A DNA stretch of 64,000 nucleotides from Auanema rhodensis. Lineage: Eukaryota > Animalia > Nematoda. Shown here piece after piece: positions 1 to 10,100 of this stretch. Under the pieces are notes generated by a model. It had not been told where the DNA came from. It was given only the letters and a program-made list of their open reading frames with translations, and made no database searches. The stretch covers positions 15,996,001-16,060,000 of the forward strand of contig OZ059900.1 in the NCBI GenBank assembly GCA_964057225.1, written 5' to 3'. The position numbers were made by a program, and so were the translations under genes. Position 1 is the stretch's first letter. Every line of letters begins with the position of its first letter.

Positions 1-1710
1 TGGAACTAGACGTTGTACAAACAATTTTGAGCTAGGTTTCATTGACATTGCATGAGTTTGAACACATGAAATCGTAAGTCAAAACCTTGTTTACAGCGAA
101 ATTTCCAAAAACTGGTTTTCCAGCATGATAAAATATTTCTCATGGGAAATACTGTGTTTTTGTATTTTTCTAGTGTTCAGCATGTAAAATGCTTCATTTT
201 AGTATGTAACACGCTGAAATTCGTTGCATTTGACGACTCATATGAACAAAAATCGATTTAATCAATATTAGCCATAAGGGGCGTGCCCTCAGAATATGCT
301 AATTTCCTTAATTTTCTAACCCCTGTTTTTTTGTCGTGAAAGTGGAACTAGACGTTGTACGAACAATTTTGAGCTAGGTTTCATTGACATTGCATGAGTT
401 TGAACACATGAAATCGTAAGTCAAAACCTTGTTTACAGCGAAATTTCCAAAAACTGGTTTTCCAGCATAATAAAATATTTCTCATGGGAAATACTGTGTT
501 TTTGTATTCTTCTAGTGTTCAGCATGTAAAATGCTTCATTTTAGTGTGTAACACGCTGAAATTCGTTGCATTTGACGACTCATATGAACAAAAATCGATT
601 TAATCAATATTAGCCATAAGGGGCGTGCCCTCAGAATATGCTAATTTCCTTAATTTTCTAACCCCTGTTTTTTTGTCGTGAAAGTGGAACTAGACGTTGT
701 ACGAACAATTTTGAGCTAGGTTTCATTGACATTGCATGAGTTTGAACACATGAAATCGTAAGTCAAAACCTTGTTTACAGCGAAATTTCCAAAAACTGGT
801 TTTCCAGCATAATAAAATATTTCTCATGGGAAATACTGTGTTTTTGTATTTTTCTAGTGTTCAGCATGTAAAATGCTTCATTTTAGTATGTAACACGCTG
901 AAATTCGTTGCATTTGACGACTCATATGAACAAAAATCGATTTAATCAATATTAGCCATAAGGGGCGTGCCCTCAGAATATGCTAATTTCCTTAATTTTC
1001 TAACCCTTGTTTTTTTGTCGTGAAAGTGGAACTAGACGTTGTACAAACAATTTTGAGCTAGGTTTCATTGACATTGCATGAGTTTGAACACATGAAATCG
1101 TAAGTCAAAACCTTGTTTACAGCGAAATTTCCAAAAACTGGTTTTCCAGCATAATAAAATATTTCTTATGGGAAATACTGTGTTTTTGTATTTTTCTAGT
1201 GTTCAGCATGTAAAATGCTTCATTTTAGTATGTAACACGCTGAAATTCGTTGCATTTGACGACTCATATGAACAAAAATCGATTTAATCAATATTAGCCA
1301 TAAGGGGCGTGCCCTCAGAATATGCTAATTTCCTTAATTTTCTAACCCCTGTTTTTTTGTCGTGAAAGTGGAACTAGACGTTGTACGAACAATTTTGAGC
1401 TAGGTTTCATTGACATTGCATGAGTTTGAACACATGAAATCGTAAGTCAAAACCTTGTTTACAGCGAAATTTCCAAAAACTGGTTTTCCAGCATAATAAA
1501 ATATTTCTCATGGGAAATACTGTGTTTTTGTATTCTTCTAGTGTTCAGCATGTAAAATGCTTCATTTTAGTGTGTAACACGCTGAAATTCGTTGCATTTG
1601 ACGACTCATATGAACAAAAATCGATTTAATCAATATTAGCCATAAGGGGCGTGCCCTCAGAATATGCTAATTTCCTTAATTTTCTAACCCCTGTTTTTTT
1701 GTCGTGAAAG

Positions 1711-2052
1711 TGGAACTAGACGTTGTACGAACAATTTTGAGCTAGGTTTCATTGACATTGCATGAGTTTGAACACATGAAATCGTAAGTCAAAACCTTGT
1801 TTACAGCGAAATTTCCAAAAACTGGTTTTCCAGCATAATAAAATATTTCTCATGGGAAATACTGTGTTTTTGTATTTTTCTAGTGTTCAGCATGTAAAAT
1901 GCTTCATTTTAGTATGTAACACGCTGAAATTCGTTGCATTTGACGACTCATATGAACAAAAATCGATTTAATCAATATTAGCCATAAGGGGCGTGCCCTC
2001 AGAATATGCTAATTTCCTTAATTTTCTAACCCCTGTTTTTTTGTCGTGAAAG
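1711..2052. repeat. Representative consensus monomer (M6), 342 bp
   Basis: It carries the majority allele at every polymorphic site I scored. Hand count: 57 C and 59 G (33.9% GC), 10 CpG. It has single NdeI (CATATG, p239) and ClaI (ATCGAT, p252) sites. Confidence 0.93.
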
Positions 2053-4104
2053 TGGAACTAGACGTTGTACGAACAATTTTGAGCTAGGTTTCATTGACAT
2101 TGCATGAGTTTGAACACATGAAATCGTAAGTCAAAACCTTGTTTACAGCGAAATTTCCAAAAACTGGTTTTCCAGCATAATAAAATATTTCTCATGGGAA
2201 ATACTGTGTTTTTGTATTCTTCTAGTGTTCAGCATGTAAAATGCTTCATTTTAGTGTGTAACACGCTGAAATTCGTTGCATTTGACGACTCATATGAACA
2301 AAAATCGATTTAATCAATATTAGCCATAAGGGGCGTGACCTCAGAATATGCTAATTTCCTTAATTTTCTAACCCCTGTTTTTTTGTCGTGAAAGTGGAAC
2401 TAGACGTTGTACGAACAATTTTGAGCTAGGTTTCATTGACATTGCATGAGTTTGAACACATGAAATCGTAAGTCAAAACCTTGTTTACAGCGAAATTTCC
2501 AAAAACTGGTTTTCCAGCATAATAAAATATTTCTCATGGGAAATACTGTGTTTTTGTATTTTTCTAGTGTTCAGCATGTAAAATGCTTCATTTTAGTATG
2601 TAACACGCTGAAATTCGTTGCATTTGACGACTCATATGAACAAAAATCGATTTAATCAATATTAGCCATAAGGGGCGTGCCCTCAGAATATGCTAATTTC
2701 CTTAATTTTCTAACCCCTGTTTTTTTGTCGTGAAAGTGGAACTAGACGTTGTACGAACAATTTTGAGCTAGGTTTCATTGACATTGCATGAGTTTGAACA
2801 CATGAAATCGTAAGTCAAAACCTTGTTTACAGCGAAATTTCCAAAAACTGGTTTTCCAGCATAATAAAATATTTCTCATGGGAAATACTGTGTTTTTGTA
2901 TTTTTCTAGTGTTCAGCATGTAAAATGCTTCATTTTAGTATGTAACACGCTGAAATTCGTTGCATTTGACGACTCATATGAACAAAAATCGATTTAATCA
3001 ATATTAGCCATAAGGGGCGTGCCCTCAGAATATGCTAATTTCCTTAATTTTCTAACCCCTGTTTTTTTGTCGTGAAAGTGGAACTAGACGTTGTACGAAC
3101 AATTTTGAGCTAGGTTTCATTGACATTGCATGAGTTTGAACACATGAAATCGTAAGTCAAAACCTTGTTTACAGCGAAATTTCCAAAAACTGGTTTTCCA
3201 GCATAATAAAATATTTCTCATGGGAAATACTGTGTTTTTGTATTCTTCTAGTGTTCAGCATGTAAAATGCTTCATTTTAGTGTGTAACACGCTGAAATTC
3301 GTTGCATTTGACGACTCATATGAACAAAAATCGATTTAATCAATATTAGCCATAAGGGGCGTGACCTCAGAATATGCTAATTTCCTTAATTTTCTAACCC
3401 CTGTTTTTTTGTCGTGAAAGTGGAACTAGACGTTGTACGAACAATTTTGAGCTAGGTTTCATTGACATTGCATGAGTTTGAACACATGAAATCGTAAGTC
3501 AAAACCTTGTTTACAGCGAAATTTCCAAAAACTGGTTTTCCAGCATAATAAAATATTTCTCATGGGAAATACTGTGTTTTTGTATTTTTCTAGTGTTCAG
3601 CATGTAAAATGCTTCATTTTAGTATGTAACACGCTGAAATTCGTTGCATTTGACGACTCATATGAACAAAAATCGATTTAATCAATATTAGCCATAAGGG
3701 GCGTGCCCTCAGAATATGCTAATTTCCTTAATTTTCTAACCCCTGTTTTTTTGTCGTGAAAGTGGAACTAGACGTTGTACGAACAATTTTGAGCTAGGTT
3801 TCATTGACATTGCATGAGTTTGAACACATGAAATCGTAAGTCAAAACCTTGTTTACAGCGAAATTTCCAAAAACTGGTTTTCCAGCATAATAAAATATTT
3901 CTCATGGGAAATACTGTGTTTTTGTTTTTTTCTAGTGTTCAGCATGTAAAATGCTTCATTTTAGTATGTAACACGCTGAAATTCGTTGCATTTGACGACT
4001 CATATGAACAAAAATCGATTTAATCAATATTAGCCATAAGGGGCGTGCCCTCAGAATATGCTAATTTCCTTAATTTTCTAACCCTTGTTTTTTTGTCGTG
4101 AAAG
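2053..4104. repeat. Probable local 3-monomer duplication (M7-9 / M10-12, period 1026 bp)
   Basis: The private variant GTGACC (A286) occurs only at 2338 and 3364, each on a C167+G204 monomer. Block limits are approximate. Confidence 0.7.
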
Positions 4105-7100
4105 TGGAACTAGACGTTGTACAAACAATTTTGAGCTAGGTTTCATTGACATTGCATGAGTTTGAACACATGAAATCGTAAGTCAAAACCTTGTTTACAG
4201 CGAAATTTCCAAAAACTGGTTTTCCAGCATAATAAAATATTTCTCATGGGAAATACTGTGTTTTTGTTTTTTTCTAGTGTTCAGCATGTAAAATGCTTCA
4301 TTTTAGTATGTAACACGCTGAAATTCGTTGCATTTGACGACTCATATGAACAAAAATCGATTTAATCAATATTAGCCATAAGGGGCGTGCCCTCAGAATA
4401 TGCTAATTTCCTTAATTTTCTAACCCTTGTTTTTTTGTCGTGAAAGTGGAAATAGACGTTGTACAAACAATTTTGAGCTAGGTTTCATTGACATTGCATG
4501 AGTTTGAACACATGAAATCGTAAGTCAAAACCTTGTTTACAGCGAAATTTCCAAAAACTGGTTTTCCAGCATGATAAAATATTTCTCATGGGAAATACTG
4601 TGTTTTTGTATTTTTCTAGTGTTCAGCATGTAAAATGCTTCATTTTAGTATGTAACACGCTGAAATTCGTTGCATTTGACGACTCATATGAACAAAAATC
4701 GATTTAATCAATATTAGCCATAAGGGGCGTGCCCTCAGAATATGCTAATTTCCTTAATTTTCTAACCCCTGTTTTTTTGTCGTGAAAGTGGAACTAGACG
4801 TTGTACGAACAATTTTGAGCTAGGTTTCATTGACATTGCATGAGTTTGAACACATGAAATCGTAAGTCAAAACCTTGTTTACAGCGAAATTTCCAAAAAC
4901 TGGTTTTCCAGCATAATAAAATATTTCTCATGGGAAATACTGTGTTTTTGTATTCTTCTAGTGTTCAGCATGTAAAATGCTTCATTTTAGTATGTAACAC
5001 GCTGAAATTCGTTGCATTTGACGACTCATATGAACAAAAATCGATTTAATCAATATTAGCCATAAGGGGCGTGCCCTCAGAATATGCTAATTTCCTTAAT
5101 TTTCTAACCCCTGTTTTTTTGTCGTGAAAGTGGAACTAGACGTTGTACGAACAATTTTGAGCTAGGTTTCATTGACATTGCATGAGTTTGAACACATGAA
5201 ATCGTAAGTCAAAACCTTGTTTACAGCGAAATTTCCAAAAACTGGTTTTCCAGCATAATAAAATATTTCTCATGGGAAATACTGTGTTTTTGTATTTTTC
5301 TAGTGTTCAGCATGTAAAATGCTTCATTTTAGTATGTAACACGCTGAAATTCATTGCATTTGACGACTCATATGAACAAAAATCGATTTAATCAATATTA
5401 GCCATAAGGGGCGTGCCCTCAGAATATGCTAATTTCCTTAATTTTCTAACCCTTGTTTTTTTGTCGTGAAAGTGGAACTAGACGTTGTACAAACAATTTT
5501 GAGCTAGGTTTCATTGACATTGCATGAGTTTGAACACATGAAATCGTAAGTCAAAACCTTGTTTACAGCGAAATTTCCAAAAACTGGTTTTCCAGCATAA
5601 TAAAATATTTCTCATGGGAAATACTGTGTTTTTGTATTTTTCTAGTGTTCAGCATGTAAAATGCTTCATTTTAGTATGTAACACGCTGAAATTCGTTGCA
5701 TTTGACGACTCATATGAACAAAAATCGATTTAATCAATATTAGCCATAAGGGGCGTGCCCTCAGAATATGCTAATTTCCTTAATTTTCTAACCCCTGTTT
5801 TTTTGTCGTGAAAGTGGAACTAGACGTTGTACGAACAATTTTGAGCTAGGTTTCATTGACATTGCATGAGTTTGAACACATGAAATCGTAAGTCAAAACC
5901 TTGTTTACAGCGAAATTTTCAAAAACTGGTTTTCCAGCATAATAAAATATTTCTCATGGGAAATACTGTGTTTTTGTATTTTTCTAGTGTTCAGCATGTA
6001 AAATGCTTCATTTTAGTATGTAACACGCTGAAATTCGTTGCATTTGACGACTCATATGAACAAAAATCGATTTAATCAATATTAGCCACAAGGGGCGTGC
6101 CCTCAGAATATGCTAATTTCCTTAATTTTCTAACCCCTGTTTTTTTGTCGTGAAAGTGGAACTAGACGTTGTACGAACAATTTTGAGCTAGGTTTCATTG
6201 ACATTGCATGAGTTTGAACACATGAAATCGTAAGTCAAAACCTTGTTTACAGCGAAATTTCCAAAAACTGGTTTTCCAGCATAATAAAATATTTCTCATG
6301 GGAAATACTGTGTTTTTGTATTCTTCTAGTGTTCAGCATGTAAAATGCTTCATTTTAGTGTGTAACACGCTGAAATTCGTTGCATTTGACGACTCATATG
6401 AACAAAAATCGATTTAATCAATATTAGCCATAAGGGGCGTGCCCTCAGAATATGCTAATTTCCTTAATTTTCTAACCCCTGTTTTTTTGTCGTGAAAGTG
6501 GAACTAGACGTTGTACGAACAATTTTGAGCTAGGTTTCATTGACATTGCATGAGTTTGAACACATGAAATCGTAAGTCAAAACCTTGTTTACAGCGAAAT
6601 TTCCAAAAACTGGTTTTCCAGCATAATAAAATATTTCTCATGGGAAATACTGTGTTTTTGTATTTTTCTAGTGTTCAGCATGTAAAATGCTTCATTTTAG
6701 TATGTAACACGCTGAAATTCGTTGCATTTGACGACTCATATGAACAAAAATCGATTTAATCAATATTAGCCATAATGGGCGTGCCCTCAGAATATGCTAA
6801 TTTCCTTAATTTTCTAACCCCTGTTTTTTTGTCGTGAAAGTGGAACTAGACGTTGTACGAACAATTTTGAGCTAGGTTTCATTGACATTGCATGAGTTTG
6901 AACACATGAAATCGTAAGTCAAAACCTTGTTTACAGCGAAATTTCCAAAAACTGGTTTTCCAGCATAATAAAATATTTCTCATGGGAATTACTGTGTTTT
7001 TGTATTTTTCTAGTGTTCAGCATGTAAAATGCTTCATTTTAGTATGTAACACGCTGAAATTCGTTGCATTTGACGACTCATATGAACAAAAATCGATTTA

Positions 7101-10100
7101 ATCAATATTAGCCATAAGGGGCGTGCCCTCAGAATATGCTAATTTCCTTAATTTTCTAACCCCTGTTTTTTTGTCGTGAAAGTGGAACTAGACGTTGTAC
7201 GAACAATTTTGAGCTAGGTTTCATTGACATTGCATGAGTTTGAACACATGAAATCGTAAGTCAAAACCTTGTTTACAGCGAAATTTCCAAAAACTGGTTT
7301 TCCAGCATAATAAAATATTTCTCATGGGAAATACTGTGTTTTTGTATTTTTCTAGTGTTCAGCATGTAAAATGCTTCATTTTAGTATGTAACACGCTGAA
7401 ATTCGTTGCATTTGACGACTCATATGAACAAAAATCGATTTAATCAATATTAGCCATAAGGGGCGTGCCCTCAGAATATGCTAATTTCCTTAATTTTCTA
7501 ACCCTTGTTTTTTTGTCGTGAAAGTGGAACTAGACGTTGTACAAACAATTTTGAGCTAGGTTTCATTGACATTGCATGAGTTTGAACACATGAAATCGTA
7601 AGTCAAAACCTTGTTTACAGCGAAATTTCCAAAAACTGGTTTTCCAGCATGATAAAATATTTCTCATGGGAAATACTGTGTTTTTGTATTTTTCTAGTGT
7701 TCAGCATGTAAAATGCTTCATTTTAGTATGTAACACGCTGAAATTCGTTGCATTTGACGACTCATATGAACAAAAATCGATTTAATCAATATTAGCCATA
7801 AGGGGCGTGCCCTCAGAATATGCTAATTTCCTTAATTTTCTAACCCCTGTTTTTTTGTCGTGAAAGTGGAACTAGACGTTGTACGAACAATTTTGAGCTA
7901 GGTTTCATTGACATTGCATGAGTTTGAACACATGAAATCGTAAGTCAAAACCTTGTTTACAGCGAAATTTCCAAAAACTGGTTTTCCAGCATAATAAAAT
8001 ATTTCTCATGGGAAATACTGTGTTTTTGTATTCTTCTAGTGTTCAGCATGTAAAATGCTTCATTTTAGTATGTAACACGCTGAAATTCGTTGCATTTGAC
8101 GACTCATATGAACAAAAATCGATTTAATCAATATTAGCCATAAGGGGCGTGCCCTCAGAATATGCTAATTTCCTTAATTTTCTAACCCCTGTTTTTTTGT
8201 CGTGAAAGTGGAACTAGACGTTGTACGAACAATTTTGAGCTAGGTTTCATTGACATTGCATGAGTTTGAACACATGAAATCGTAAGTCAAAACCTTGTTT
8301 ACAGCGAAATTTCCAAAAACTGGTTTTCCAGCATAATAAAATATTTCTCATGGGAAATACTGTGTTTTTGTATTTTTCTAGTGTTCAGCATGTAAAATGC
8401 TTCATTTTAGTATGTAACACGCTGAAATTCGTTGCATTTGACGACTCATATGAACAAAAATCGATTTAATCAATATTAGCCATAAGGGGCGTGCCCTCAG
8501 AATATGCTAATTTCCTTAATTTTCTAACCCCTGTTTTTTTGTCGTGAAAGTGGAACTAGACGTTGTACGAACAATTTTGAGCTAGGTTTCATTGACATTG
8601 CATGAGTTTGAACACATGAAATCGTAAGTCAAAACCTTGTTTACAGCGAAATTTCCAAAAACTGGTTTTCCAGCATAATAAAATATTTCTCATGGGAAAT
8701 ACTGTGTTTTTGTATTTTTCTAGTGTTCAGCATGTAAAATGCTTCGTTTTAGTATGTAACACGCTGAAATTCGTTGCATTTGACGACTCATATGAACAAA
8801 AATCGATTTAATCAATATTAGCCATAAGGGGCGTGCCCTCAGAATATGCTAATTTTTTTAATTTTCTAACCCCTGTTTTTTTGTCGTGAAAGTGGAACTA
8901 GACGTTGTACGAACAATTTTGAGCTAGGTTTCATTGACATTGCATGAGTTTGAACACATGAAATCGTAAGTCAAAACCTTGTTTACAGCGAAATTTCCAA
9001 AAACTGGTTTTCCAGCATAATAAAATATTTCTCATGGGAAATACTGTGTTTTTGTATTTTTCTAGTGTTCAGCATGTAAAATGCTTCATTTTAGTATGTA
9101 AGACGCTGAAATTCGTTGCATTTGACGACTCATATGAACAAAAATCGATTTAATCAATATTAGCCATAAGGGGCGTGCCCTCAGAATATGCTAATTTCCT
9201 TAATTTTCTAACCCTTGTTTTTTTGTCGTGAAAGTGGAACTAGACGTTGTACAAACAATTTTGAGCTAGGTTTCATTGACATTGCATGAGTTTGAACATA
9301 TGAAATCGTAAGTCAAAACCTTGTTTACAGCGAAATTTCCAAAAACTGGTTTTCCAGCATGATAAAATATTTCTCATGGGAAATACTGTGTTTTTGTTTT
9401 TTTCTAGTGTTCAGCATGTAAAATGCTTCATTTTAGTATGTAACACGATGAAATTCGTTGCATTTGATGACTCATATGAACAAAAATCGATTTAATCAAT
9501 ATTAGCCATAAGGGGCGTGCCCTCAGAATATGCTAATTTCCTTAATTTTCTAACCCCTGTTTTTTTGTCGTGAAAGTGGAACTAGACGTTGTACGAACAA
9601 TTTTGAGCTAGGTTTCATTGACATTGCATGAGTTTGAACACATGAAATCGTAAGTCAAAACCTTGTTTACAGCGAAATTTCCAAAAACTGGTTTTCCAGC
9701 ATAATAAAATATTTCTCATGGGAAATACTGTGTTTTTGTATTTTTCTAGTGTTCAGCATGTAAAATGCTTCATTTTAGTATGTAACACGCTGAAATTCGT
9801 TGCATTTGACGACTCATATGAACAAAAATCGATTTAATCAATATTAGCCATAAGGGGCGTGCCCTCAGAATATGCTAATTTCCTTAATTTTCTAACCCCT
9901 GTTTTTTTGTCGTGAAAGTGGAACTAGACGTTGTACGAACAATTTTGAGCTAGGTTTCATTGACATTGCATGAGTTTGAACACATGAAATCGTAAGTCAA
10001 AACCTTGTTTACAGCGAAATTTCCAAAAACTGGTTTTCCAGCATAATAAAATATTTCTCATGGGAAATACTGTGTTTTTGTATTTTTCTAGTGTTCAGCA

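Noticed and set aside
219-235. CENP-B box-like motif ATTCGTTGCATTTGACG
   Set aside because: It shares TTCGTTG and the A with the human box (CTTCGTTGGAAACGGGA) but lacks the essential CGGG. Only 6 of the 9 core bases match.
316-323. Telomere-like CTAACCC
   Set aside because: It is a single unit per monomer and not tandem, which is expected by chance.
279-332. Rho-independent terminator or bacterial promoter motifs (GC dyad, T7 run, TTGACA at p42)
   Set aside because: The GC stem is only 4 bp and lies about 37 bp from the T-run. TTGACA has no properly spaced -10 box. The context is a eukaryote-type satellite with no genes.
1-342. Primate alpha-satellite dimer (2x171 bp)
   Set aside because: Only the length agrees. 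I recognise no alpha-satellite sequence, and the two halves are far more diverged from each other than alphoid monomers are.
1-342. 5S rDNA, tRNA, snRNA or spliced-leader tandem gene array
   Set aside because: I recognise no 5S or tRNA sequence, Pol III A/B/C boxes, cloverleaf or known leader sequence on either strand. An Infernal/Rfam scan would be the formal test.
8856-8857. CC>TT tandem change as a UV-damage signature
   Set aside because: The two occurrences probably descend from one event inside a T-rich run. One event cannot establish a mutational signature.
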